Shown here piece by piece: positions 1 through 14,708 of a stretch of DNA of 64,000 nt. Origin of the DNA: the human T2T-CHM13v2.0 reference genome, Homo sapiens. The translations under genes were made by a program, and so were the position numbers. Below the pieces are notes generated by a model. It had not been told where the DNA came from and did not search any database. It saw nothing but the letters and a program-made list of their open reading frames with translations. The stretch lies in assembly GCF_009914755.1 (NCBI RefSeq), contig NC_060947.1. One strand, given 5' to 3'. Each line of letters opens with the position of its first letter. The stretch's first letter is position 1.

Positions 1-78
1 ACATAAGATCACATTCATAGGCAACAGAGATTAGGATTTCAACATATCATTTGTGGGGACACATTCAACTCACAACAA
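1..78 (-). mobile_element. MLT1 (MaLR) LTR end
   Basis: aagatcacattc...ggggacacattcaactcacaaca, typical MLT1 terminus. Confidence 0.65.
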
Positions 79-1209
79 GCAGGATAAAAGTCTGGAAGTT
101 TATAGACCTAAATGTTAACAACAAATGTTTCTGGGTGAAGAAATTACTGATAATATATATGTCCTCCTTTATAATTTTCAGCATCTTATTAGATTTTTTA
201 AGGGACATTTATAAAATCAGAATAAAAATTGAAGCGGAAACTGGCTTATCCTATTTTGTTAAACACACACACGTGACTTACCTTTCGATGCGAATGGAAT
301 TCTCCATGGAGCTGGAGAGCAGAGTCCTGCATAGGTACTTGATGTCAAGAGTTGCCCGACTTGCTTAGAGTGTGTTTCTCTTTTCATCTCACTCTTTGGG
401 TCACAGTATTATAATCAGAGAAAAAATAAGCTTAAAATGACATATCTCATTGTGTTGCACATCACAACCTGTCACATATGAACACATACACATACATCCT
501 TGTCTTTAGTTAAGAATGGAATTTTCCCTGGCTAAACAGTGCAGCCCATAAATCCACTGTCTCTACTTGACCAAATACCCTGGGTGTATTTTCCTTGTCA
601 TCTACCTGTATAGATGACTAACTCTAGTCAGCAGCTGATACCCATATGTCTATGCTTTCCAAGGAGAGAGCTATGGATACAGACAGTCCTGCGTTCTGAT
701 TTAAGCTTCCCTACTTCCCAGCTGTGTGACCTGGGGCCCAAAAATGCCTGTTTCCTTTCCCTACTGTCAACATGGTGTTTGTTCTTTTTCTAATTTTTAC
801 ATCCAAATAGGCAAAAACTCAATTCTCAGTACTATTTATATTTGAATTTACTTAATTGTTTTGTTTATTGTTTGTTTACCTAATCATTGGTCATTTCTAT
901 TTTGTTTGTGGATATGTCACTTCTACTCAAACTTTATTGGCCAAAGCTAGTCCATGGCAATACCCAAATCCAAGGGAGCTGGGAAGAGCAAGCCTACCAT
1001 ACACCTAGAGTAGAAACCAGAAATATTACACAAACAACATCGACTACCACAGATAGATTCCCAGAAGTGGAGTTGTTTGGTCAATGACAAGTATATTTTA
1101 ATTTTTCATAAGTACAATTTTCAATATTCCAAAGGAATATAGTAGTCAAATTTTAGTAAAAATGTGCAAGAGTATTTCCAACAGCTTGATGGGTTTTTTT
1201 GTTTGTTTG

Positions 1210-4200
1210 TTTTGCTTTTTTACAAAATGAGCACACCCATGGAACCAACATCCAGATCCAGATCTAGAACATCATCCGCACCCCAGAAGCCTCCTCCATA
1301 CTGCTCAGTCACTGGCATTATGATATAAAACACTATTTTGACTTTTATTACCATAGATGAGTTTTGACTATTTTTAAACTTTGTATAAATGGAATAATAT
1401 GTGCATATTCTTTGTATCTAGCTTCTTTTGCTCAGTATTCTTTTTGTGAAATGTATCCTTGTTATTTGTAATTGTGGTTTACTCTTTTCCATTGTTGCTA
1501 AAATCCCATTTTATGAATATAACACGATTTATTCATTCTGTTGTTGGTGGACATTTGGGTTATTTACTGGTTTTGTCTATTACAATAATGTTGCTATCAA
1601 TGTTCTCATGCATTTCTCTTGGTACACATATATAGGCATTTCTATTGTACTTATATACTTAGAATTGCTGGGTAACACCATAAGCTCTAAGACATACAGC
1701 CCATCAGTTTTCCAAAGAAGTTGTAACAATTAACATGCCCTCCAACAATGTATTAGAATTCTCACATTCCACATCATTGATGACACCTGTCTGCTTGCTT
1801 TTTTAAAAAATATTTAGCATTTGTGATGGATATATAGTATTACCAGATACTGATTTTAATTTATATTTACTCAAATAATAAAATCGAACACCTTTTTATT
1901 GTTGCCTTGACCATTTGGATATACTGTTTTTGATCTGGCTGTTCAAGACTTGTCATTTTAAAACAACAATTGGGTTGCTTTTTATTTATTGATTTATAGT
2001 TCTGTATGTATTCTGAATACAAGCCATTTCTCAGATATAAGTATTGCAAATATTTTTTCCACTCTGTGACTTGTCTTTTAACTCCAATAGTGTATTGATT
2101 TTAATTAAGTCAAATTTATTTTATTTTTGTTTAGAGTTAGTGCTTTTTGTGTCTTTTTAAAGGAATGCTTGACTACATCAAGACCATTAAGGCATTTTCC
2201 TATGTTATATCCAGTAACTTTTATTTGTTTCACCTTTGACATTTACCCTACAATTCATTTGGAATTAAATGTCGTATGCAGTTTGAAATAGGTGCAAAGT
2301 TTCTTTTGGATCCATTTGGATACCCAGTTGATCAAGATCTACTTATTAAAATGACCATTCTTTCCCCCACTGCATTGTTATGAATTCTTTGTCATAAAGA
2401 GAATTTGTATAGTCCTCTTTTTGGACTATTCTAGTCCATTGTGCCATTTTTCTATATTTATAACAATAATTTATTGGTTTAACTATTGTGGCTGTGTAAA
2501 ATATCTTGATTTCTGTAAATCATTAAACTTTGTTTTTCTTCAATATTTTCAGTGCTGCTCTTGACATTTGCAATTCTATTTAAGATTTAGAATTCATTTG
2601 TCAATTTCCTTGAAAAATAACCCTACTGGAATTATTATTTTGAATCAGAGATCAAATTAGGAAAAAATAATATCTTTAAAATATAAAGTCTTCCAATTCA
2701 CAATCAATGTATAATTCTCTATTTAAGTCTGTGTTAATTACTTTCAATGTTTTGAAGTTTTCTGTATAGAGATCTTGGACATATTTTGCTAATTTTAATC
2801 CTCAATATTTGATTATTCTGAAACTAGTGCAAATGGTATTGCTTTTCACTGTATTTTCTGCTTTCTACTAATATATAGAAATACAATTAATTTTTGTATA
2901 CTGACCTTATATCTGGCAAACTTGCAAAATTTACTTATTACTTCTAAGTTATTTGTAAATATTTTTGAAATTTCTAAACATAATTATGTCATCTGTGAAT
3001 AAGGAAAGATTTACATCTTCCTTTACAATCTTTGTAAAGTTCATTCATCTTTCTTACCTTATTTTACTGGCTAAAATATGCAGTAATTAGAAATGGCGAT
3101 GCAGACAAGCAGGTCTATTTCTGATCTCAGGAGGAAAGCTTTCAATATTTCACCATTAATATGCCATGTATTGATGTATTGTAGTTTTTAAAGATTCTCT
3201 TTATCAAATTAAGAAACTTTCCTTCTATTCCTAGTTTTCTAAAATTGTTTCATATGAACGAGTGTTGAGTTTTATCAAAGGCTTTTTCTGCCTCTATTGT
3301 AATAATCATATATTCTTTTTTCTGTTAATGTGATGAATTATATTATTGCTTTATAAATGTTAAACTGTTCTTTCATTCCTGGAATAAATTCAACTTGGTT
3401 GTGATGTATTAACCTTATAAATCCCTGGATTCAATTTGCTAATATTTTATGTAAGATTTTTGCATCTATATTCACAAGAGATATTGGTCTATGGTTTTCC
3501 TTTCTTATAAGGTCCTTCATAGATTTTCAGTATCAAGGTTATAACAGCATCACAAAACAAGTATGGAAATGTGTTCCTCCCTCTTTTTCTAGTTTCTGGA
3601 AGAGTTCATGTAAGATTGGTATTATTTTTTCCCGTAAATATTGGGGAGTTTCACTATGAAAGCACCTGGATTCAGTATTTTCTTTGCAGGATGATATTTA
3701 CTATGGAATCTATTTCATTAATGTCTATGAGATTATTTGGATTTTGTATATCTTCTTGAAATCAGTTTTGGTAAAATGTATTTCAAGTAATTTGTGCATT
3801 TTATGCAAATCATCAGATTTGTTGTTCATTATATCATCTCATCTTTTCAATATTTATAGATTCTGTACTAATGTCCCTTTTCCATTATTGATACTTATAG
3901 TTTATGCCTTCAGTTTTTCTTCATTGATATTAATACAGATTTATCAATTTAATTATTCTTTTCAAAAAACCAACTTTTGGCTTCGTTGATCTTCTTTATT
4001 GTCTCTGTTGTATTTCTTTGGTTTCAGCCCGTATTATTTCTCTCCTTTCTTGGAATTTAACTGGTTGTTTGTTTAACCCTTTTGATGTGAGTGTTTACAT
4101 AATTATTTTTGCATTTCTTCTTTTCTAATACATGCATATAAGGTTTAAAGCTCTAAGTACAAGTTGTGATGTCATATTTTTATTGTAATTCAGCACAAAA

Positions 4201-5190
4201 TATTTTATAATTTCCATTTTGAGTGCTCCTTTGACTTGCTTTATTTAGAAATATATTGCTTAATTTTCCAATATTTGGGGATTTCTACTATCTTTTTGAT
4301 ATTATTTCTGGCTTAATTCCACTGCAGACAAAGAACATATTCTGTGAATTCAGCCAATCAAAATTTATTGAGACTTGCTTTGTGGCCCAGCACATGGTCA
4401 GTTTTGATAAATAACCTACATACACTTGAATGTGCATTCTACATTTATTGCATGCAATGTTCTAAATATATTAGCTAGGACTTACCTGTTAGTCTTCTTA
4501 TCCATTCTTCCACATCCACACTTTTCTTTATCTGCTTCTTTTACCAGTTACTGGAGGAGAGGTGCTAAAATTTTCAACCATGCTTATAGGTTTATCTATT
4601 TATATTTATATTTATATTTAGAGTTCTGTCAGTTTTCACTTTTTGTATTTTTGATCTACTTCATATATGCATACCAATTAAGTTTTAAAAAAACTTGTTA
4701 AATTGATCCTTTAATCATTGTGAAATGTCTCTCTAATATGTCTCATAATGTTTCCTGTCTTAAAGTCTAATTTGTCTGATATTACTATAAATACAGCAGC
4801 TTCACTTTGGTTCATGTTTGTATGGTATATCTTTTTTTAATACTTTCACTTTCAAATATTCTGTTTTATTTAAGGTATGTCTCTCATAAGCAGCACATAG
4901 TTGTAATTAGTATTTTTAGTATTAGTATTAGTCTGACAATCTTCATTTTTTAGTTGGAGTACTTAATCTATTCATATTTAATGTGATTCCTTGAATTCCT
5001 TTGCTTCCATCTACAATTTTACTATTTGCTTTCTATTTGCTCTCTCTTCTTTATTCCTTTTTTAACTTTACTCCCTTCTTTTTAATTAATCAAGTTGTTT
5101 TTTTATTTCATTTTAACACTCCTATACCTTGTCTGTGATATATAGTTTATTAATAGTTTAGTTACCACAATTACACCATTCCTTCTTGGC
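1210..5190 (-). mobile_element. Old L1 (L1M class), 3'UTR and ORF2 remnants
   Basis: T-rich L1-antisense motifs such as ccttctattcctagttt and ttttgcatctatattcacaagagatattggtct. Confidence 0.8.
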
Positions 5191-5210
5191 TTAATAAAAT
5201 CTACCTTGAG

Positions 5211-5870
5211 GCTACAGAGAAAAGGGAACACTTATATACCATTAGTAGGAATGTAAATTAGTTCAGCCACTGTGGAAAGCAGTCTGGCGATTTCTCAAAG
5301 AACTTAAAACAGAACTACCATTTGACCCAGCAATCCGATTACTGGGTATATACCCAAAGAAAAATAAATAATTCTATCAAAAATACATATGCACTCATAT
5401 GTTCATCATTGCACTATTCACAAGAGCAAAGACATAGAAGCAACCCAGGTGCCCACCAATGGTAGACTGGATAAAGAAAATGTGGTACATATACACCATG
5501 GAATACTACACAGCCATAAAAGAATGAAAGCATGTCCTTGGCAGCAACATGGTTGGAGCTGGAAGCCACAATCCTAAGTGAATTAATGCAGGAACAGAAA
5601 ACAAAAATGGGAGTTAAATATTAAACACACATGGACATAAATATGGGAACAACAGACACCGGATTATTAGGGGGTGGAGGGTAGATGGGCTGAAAAACTA
5701 CCTACCAGGTACTATGCTCACTACCTGGGTGATGGGATCCATACCTCAAACCTCAGCATCACACAGTATTCCCATGTAACAAACTATGTACCCCATGTAT
5801 CTAAATTAAAAGTTAAAATTTTTTAAAATAAAAAATAAATGGTCACATTTCAATTAAAAAATAAATAAAA
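5211..5870 (+). mobile_element. L1PA/PB 3' end
   Basis: gaactaccatttgacccagcaatcc, ORF2 C-terminus, A-rich tail; TSD aataaaa(t/c)ctacctt(g/a)ag at 5193-5210 and 5870-5887. Confidence 0.88.
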
Positions 5871-5889
5871 ATAAAACCTACCTTAAGAT

Positions 5890-6450
5890 AGTGCTTTTAC
5901 TACTTCCCATATTAGGTAAGAACCTTAAAACACTTCAACTCCATTTATAGTCTCCTACCTTTTGTGCTGTAATCATGTATTTTAATTGCACATATATTTT
6001 AAACCCCAAAAGATATTATTGCTGTTGTTTTAAATAGCTAATATTCATATAGATTTACTCATATTAATCCTTTCTAGTGTTCTTTATTCCTTCTTGAATT
6101 GCTTTGCTTCCATCTACAATCACTCCCCTTTTGCCTAAATAACTTCCTTTAGTATTTCTTTTCGTGTACATCTTATAAATTCTCTCAATTTTTGTTTATC
6201 TTAAAACACATTTGATTCACTTTCATTTTGAAAGAATGTTTACTAGGTTGGCATTAATTTTTTTCCAGCACTTGAAGATGTCACAACATTGTCTTCTTTC
6301 ACTATTCCTGCTGAAAAATTTATTTGTCAAGCTTATTGTTGCCCCTTTAAGGATAATGGACCTTTGATGTCTAGTTACTCTTAAAATTTTATATTTGTTT
6401 CTGATATCCATCAGCTTCACTTTGATGTACCCAAGTCTGGTTTTCTTTCT
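5890..6450 (-). mobile_element. Old L1 ORF1-region remnant (continuation of the 1210-5190 element)
   Basis: Minus-strand ORF 6223-6453 (YIKVKL..KILRVTR..RRQCCDIFK) resembles L1 ORF1p. Confidence 0.7.
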
Positions 6451-6451
6451 C

Positions 6452-7010
6452 ACTACATTAGTTTTCGATTGTCATAACAAGTTTCTACAAATTTAGTGAC
6501 TTGAAACAATGCAAGTGTATTGTCTTACAATTTCATAGGTCAGAAGCCCAGAAAATGTCCTACTGGGCTAAAATTAAGGTATCAGCGAGATAAGTTCCTT
6601 TCTGTAGACTCTAAGGGAAAATTCATTTCCTTGCTTATTCAGATTGCTAACAGGACTCAGTACTTTGCACTTGTATGACTGAATTCCCAGTTTTCTTGCT
6701 GGGTATAAGTATCAGCATTTCCTTCTTCTAGAGGTCACCTGCATTCCCTGACTCATGGCCCCTTTCTTCCTTCTTTAAAGCCAGCAATGGTTGATCAAAT
6801 CCTTCTCATGCCACGTCTTTCCCTAATCAATACTGCTACCTTCCTTGTCCATGTTTAAGGGCACATCTTAACTAATCCAGGATAATCTCCTTATCTGAAA
6901 GTCATCTAATTAACAACCTTAATTCCATCTGAAACCTTAAATCCCTTTTGCTATGTAACAGAACATATTCACAGATTTTTTGAATTGGGGTCATTATGCT
7001 CCTTCACAGT
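6452..7010 (-). mobile_element. MLT1 LTR
   Basis: gggctaaaattaaggtatcagc, taatccaggataatctcc, cccttttgctatgtaaca motifs. Confidence 0.75.
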
Positions 7011-7097
7011 TACATAGCCTTTCAAACATGTAGCTTGATGCCTTCCTCAATTTGTGGAAAATCCTCAGCAAGTATTTGTTTAAACATTGCTTTTGCC

Positions 7098-7400
7098 ATT
7101 ATCCTCAGCAAACTAATGCAGGAACAGAAAACCAAACACCGCATGTTCTCACTTATAAGTAGGATCTGAACAATGAGAACACATGAACACAGGGAGGGGA
7201 ACAACACTCATTGGAGTCTGTCGGGGGAGGACAGTGTGGGGAGAGCATTAGGGAAAAGAGCTAATGCATGCTGGGCTTAATACCTAGGTGGAGAGTTTAC
7301 CTGTGTAACAAACCTGCACATCCTGCACATGTACCCCGGAACTTAAAAAAAAAAAAAAAAAACAATAAAATAATGTTTTAAAAAATTCAAAAGAAAAAAT
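7098..7400 (+). mobile_element. Short L1PA 3' end
   Basis: attatcctcagcaaactaatgcaggaacagaaaaccaaacacc...polyA; TSD attgcttttgcc at 7086-7097 and 7407-7418. Confidence 0.88.
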
Positions 7401-7627
7401 ATATATATTGCTTTTGCCCTCTTTTCTCTCTCTTCTCTTACCGGATTCCAATTCTACATATGTCAGACCTTTTTATCATGTTGTCTATGTTTCTTATTCT
7501 CTTTTCTGTATCATTTTCATCATGTTATCTATGTTTCTTATTCTCTTTTCTGTCTCCTTCCATCTTTTTCTCTACTGATCTAGTCAAGGAGAAATTTCAT
7601 GCAGAATGTTGATCACACTTCTCTAGC

Positions 7628-7987
7628 TGTGTCTTAATCTGCTCAGGCTGCTATGACAAATTGTTACAGGCTTGATGGCTTTAAAAAGAAATTTATTTCT
7701 CAAAGAGCTAGAGGCTGAGAAGTAGAAAATCAAGGTGCCAGTATGGTCAGGTCCTAGTGGAGGCCCTCTTTCTGGTTTACAGGCAGCCGTCTTCTTAGAT
7801 CTCCACATAGTGGAGAGAGAAAGTATCTCTCTTATGTCTCTTACAAATCCACTATTCCCATTCATGAGGGCTCCACCTTCATGAATTAATGACCTGCCAA
7901 ACACTCTGTCTTCTAATATTATCTTTTTGTGGGTTAGGATTTCAATATATGAATTTGGCAGCAACATAAACATTCAGTCCATAACAG
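7628..7987 (-). mobile_element. MLT1A/B LTR
   Basis: tgtgtcttaatctgctcaggctgctatgacaa...cattcagtccataaca. Confidence 0.8.
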
Positions 7988-8704
7988 CCTCCTTTTTTTC
8001 CCCCAGGGACCTTGGCCATTCGAGTCCCAGCCACTTGGTAGGTGTGACTTTCAGTTTTGGTCTTCCTGGCCCAGTAAGAGTGCTATAATCTCTAATTGCT
8101 GCTTTCTGTTTGGCCTTTATATCAAACACTCTGTGAATTGGGCAATTCTTCGAGGAGAGAAAGCAGCAGCAAATACAAAACTCATCTCAATGTTTTTCCC
8201 TTCACTATATCCTGTCCTGTCATGTCCTATCTGCCTTGGTTGGTCTCTAGTGTCTTCAAACAGCTTTGTAAAATATTTGTCAAGCATTTATAATTATTGT
8301 CAATAGTATAGCTAGTTTGATATTAGCTGCTCCATCCTAGCTGAAAGTAAAAGCTCGATGCATAATTTTCAAGCTATAATTTTTATATTCTAAAATATAT
8401 CTTTGCCTTAGAGGCACCTCTAGAGGTTTATCTCTGCCTTAGAGGCACCTCTGGAGGGAAGAAAAGAGATGGCTTCTGGCTTTAACGTGATGTTTAGAGT
8501 TTGGATCAGTCCATAGTATGAAAGGAGAAAAAGCATGAAAGATCCATAAGCAGCCCAAGTGCCTTCCCTACAGTTTGGTTAACAAGTCCTTCTCCTTGTT
8601 ACTCTCACCTCACTAAGGTCCAACCACTTGGAGATGAGACAAAATGGCTACCTCACAATAATCCATTATCACTCTTTTAAAATTTTCTGGCAATTTGGTC
8701 TATA

Positions 8705-8870
8705 ATTTTTATTTTTATTTTATTTTATTTTATTTTATTTTATTTTATTTTATTTTATTTTATTTTTGAGATGGAGTCTCACTCTGTCACCCAGCCTGGA
8801 GTGCAGTGGCGTGATCTCGGCTCACTGCAAGCTCCACCTCCCAGGTTCACGCCATTCTCCTGCCTGAGTA
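8705..8870 (-). mobile_element. Partial Alu with (TTTTA)n tail
   Basis: gagatggagtctcactctgtcacccag...cctgcctgagtag. Confidence 0.9.
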
Positions 8871-10392
8871 GTATACATTATGAAACATCTTTTTACTGAC
8901 TATTGCTCTTTAGGAATAGCTATTTTAACCCTGTAAATAGTGTTAACTTTCAAACAGGCCAGGTTCTAGACCTTCTAGGTACAGTATAATTCAAATCTCA
9001 TAACAAAAATCTCATAACAACCTTGTGAGGTAGGTGATCCACTCCACTTTTAAAAGGAGGAAACAGGCCTAGAGAGTTTAGGTAACTTACACAAGGTGAA
9101 ACAACTAGTACGTGGAATAATAAGAATTCATATTTGTACGAGTTGAATTAAAAGTTAGCTTTCCAGTTCTCATAGTGAAAATAGAGGCAAACTGTGGATA
9201 AAACACACAGATATGTTGTTGCCAATGCCTGTCTCCTGTGATCCAGTGAGGAATAAAGTGGAAGATTCTCAACTAAAGAGAAATTATGAGTTAAAATGTC
9301 TCAACATTCTTCAGAGTATAAAGTACACTGGTAGAGGAGAAGGATGGAAAAAATTATTTCAAGAGCCTAAGGGTACTCCCAAAGCAACCTAGCCATGCAG
9401 AAAATTGTGTCTAGTCAAAGAAGGAATAGTACATTTTAAAGTATGTGTCAGAGGTTATAATAGCGCCAACACAAACTAGTGATATGAATTGTTTCCAGGC
9501 TGTTTAAAAAAGTAAAACATTAGGCCTTCTATCTTATGAAGCCATCTAAGTCCTGATTTTTCTGAAAATTAGCAAACATTCAAGATTTAAGCTATCCAAT
9601 CACCTGGAGGACCACCAGATATCCAGAGTCTGACCAACTTAATTACATCAAAGGTGGTCAGATATTCAGAGACTGGGTTGCGCAGGCATAGTAGTCCACC
9701 TTAAAAATCATATAGCTAAAAGCCAACCACACACTTTCATTTCAAAAATATTGTGCCTCAATTCAGAATGTTGTATCATAATCAACTTGCATCAACCAGC
9801 ATTATATCTAAGCCCTACGGGTTTCATACATTTTAGGGGATAATCTCATGTGGTGATTAAAGGGGCAAAATCTCTTTACAATACCACATTTTTTTTGGCA
9901 GGGTCCCTACTAAAGGACAGGGCTCATTTCCAAATCACAGTAATTTTCAAACTAGTATTTTTTTTACAGACTGGAAAGGTAGCTGAATAAGACAGATTAT
10001 TTTGCTCTTACATTATAAAGCCTGACCATAGGCAAGTGAGGGCTGGTATGCCGATATCATGAGGGCAACAAGTTATTCCGTTGTCTGATTACACCACAAT
10101 TTATTTATTCAGACTTCCATTATGGACATTTGGGCTATTTCCAGTTAAGAGCTATTGTGAACATTCTTTTACACATCTATTAGTGCAGCTATTTGGGTTT
10201 CTTTTGGCCAATAGGTCTCACCTGGGAAGGGCTGATTTTCACAGTGATTGGGGAGTACAACTGACATTCAGAGGGTTAGGACCAGGGATGTTAAACACCC
10301 TAAAATGTCTGGTACTTTCCAGCACAAGGAAAAATCATTTCCCCATGAAATGTTAGTATCACCCTCCACTTTGACAAACACTATTCTTGGAG

Positions 10393-10393
<1 letters not shown>

Positions 10394-10430
<37 letters not shown>
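10394..10430. repeat. (CA)n microsatellite
   Basis: Uninterrupted CA run. Confidence 0.97.
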
Positions 10431-10432
<2 letters not shown>

Positions 10433-10545
10433 CATGGATCATAGAGTGTGCATATGTTCAATTTAACCACTAGTTGAAACAATTTACATTCCCACTGGCG
10501 GTTTATTGGTCCATGCCCTTTTTATTGCCAATCTAACACATATAT

Positions 10546-11850
<1,305 letters not shown>

Positions 11851-12614
11851 CTATTATTTTACTTAGAACATTTTTTTTCTTGTTAGAGTTATGGTTTTTT
11901 AATTTTAAAAATGGACTTAAAATAATTTTGTTTTTTAAAGAAATGTGATAATATCCTTTTCTGTTACGTGTAGGATGCAGAAAATTCTCTAAAGTATGTT
12001 CACTCATTTTAAGATAGTTTGCTTCTGAAATCTTGCTGTCATGTAGCTATTTGGGGGGTATCCCATCTTTCTCTTAAATTAATATTTTCTACTGAAGAAC
12101 CACCCCCCCCCATTAGATTAACACCCTTGACCTCTCCTCCCACCCTTTAATTGCTCCTCCCCACAGAAGGAATAATGAAACTGATGACTTTGGGGTAATG
12201 ATCTCAGCACACACAGCTTAGCCTCATCCTCTGGTTTCTGTGATCTCCGCCGGCTGCCAATGATACATTCTGCTCTATTCTTTCAACTACATGCTGAAAC
12301 TGGTGGGGCAAACTCTGCTCTTGTGAGGTAAAATGTAAGTTAGGAGGTACGTTGGGTTCAATTCATGTACACCAACTACACCATTTGCCTATTATATCTA
12401 CTGAGAAAGTTGAATTTATAATTTTTAACAGGTCCTGAAAAAGAAATCTCCAGGCTCCAGTGGTTTCACTGGAGACCTCCGTCAAATTTTTTTTAGATAA
12501 CAATTCTACACAATCTCTTCCAGAAAATAAAGGAGTGGAATTGCTTAATTCAGTTCATAAAGGCATTATTACCCTAATACAAAAACCAGACAGACAGTAC
12601 AAAAAAAGAAAATT

Positions 12615-12963
<349 letters not shown>

Positions 12964-14405
12964 TCATAAATGTAGACATAAATCTTCTCAACAAAATATT
13001 AGCCACGCAAGTTCAGCAAGGTATAAAAATAATTATACATCATGACCAAGCAAAATGTATTCTAGGTATGCAAGACTTGTTCAATATTCCGAAGTCACCC
13101 AATGTAATCCACCATATCAATGAGCTAAATAAGAAAAATCACATGACCATACCAATTGATGCAGAAAATGCATTTGGTGAAATCTAAAATCCATTCATGA
13201 TGCTTTATAAAATTACAACAAAATAAAAACAGAAGGTAACTATCTCAATTTGATAATGGGCATCTATAAAAACCGTACAGTTAACATCATGCTTAATGGT
13301 GAAAGACTGAATGCTTTCTTTCCAAGACTGGGAACAAGGTAAAGATGTCCACTCTCAGTACTGCTATTCAGCATTATACTGGAGATCCTAACCATCATAA
13401 CAAGAAAAGAAATAAGAGTTATACAATTCAGAAAGGAATAAATAAAATTTTCCCTTTTTGCAGATGACATGGTGGTCTATGTAAAATATGCCAAAGAAGG
13501 TACCAAAAAATTCTAGAACTAATACATGAGTTCAGCAAGTTCGCAAGATACAATTTCGACATACAAAAATCAATTTATTTCTACATATTAACAATGAAGA
13601 CACGGACACTGAAATTTAAAACACAGTATCATTTACAATTGCTCAAGAACTGAAATAGGTGTAAATCTCACAATACACGCACAAAACTTACATGTTAAAA
13701 ACTATGAAATGCTGGTAAGAAAATCTAAGTAAACAAAGTTCATGCATTGAAAGGCTCAATGTAATAAAATAGTCAATCTCCCCAAATTTATACACAGGTT
13801 TAAAGCCATTACTATCAAAATCCTACCAAGATTTTTGTGGATATGGAGAAAATATGTCTATAATTTTTACAGAAAGGTAAATAAATTTGAATAGCTAAAA
13901 TAAATTTGATAAAAGGAGAAAGGAGAAATCTAATTTTAAGACTTGACCACCTACAATAATAAAGACTGTGTGGTATTTCTGGAGGGATATACACATACAT
14001 CAATGGAATAAAATTGAGAACCTGGAAATATCCTCACAAAAGAACTGGCCACTGATTTTTTGACAAAGGTGCAAAAGCAATTCATTGGTGGAAGTTTGGT
14101 CTTCAGCAAATGGTGCTGGAATAATTGGACATCCATGGGTAAGAAAATGAATCTTGACCAAAGTCTCCCATCTTATACAAAAGCAAACTCAAAATGGACC
14201 ATGGACTTAAATGTAAAATGTAAAAGAATACAACTTCTAGGAAAAAAAAAAACAAAAAACAAAAAACAGAGATTATTTTTGAAATTTAGTGCAAGGCAAA
14301 GGGTTCTCAGACTTGATACTAAAAGGAAATATTAGATCCCACAAATAAGGGGTTGGGCGGAAATGGTGATAATTAATGCATACAAAAATATAGTTAGAAA
14401 GAATG

Positions 14406-14708
14406 GGCCAGGTACGGTGGCTCACGCCTGTAATCCCAGCTTTTTGGGAGGCCAAGGTGGGCAGATCACTCAAGCCCAGGAGTTCAAGACCAGCCTGGGC
14501 AACATGGCAAAACCCAGGTTCTACTAAAAATACAAAATTAGCCAGCACAGCAGCATGCATCTTTAATCCCAGCTACTCAGGCGGCTGAGGCAGGCGGAGA
14601 GCTTGAGCCCCGGAGGCGGAGGTTGCAGTGAGCCCAGATCGCTCCACTGCATTCCAGACTAGGCGACACAGTGAGACTTTGTCTCAAAAAAAAAAAAAAA
14701 GAAAAAAG
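14406..14708 (+). mobile_element. Alu (J-like)
   Basis: Full dimer; flanking aaaagaatg repeat. Confidence 0.95.
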
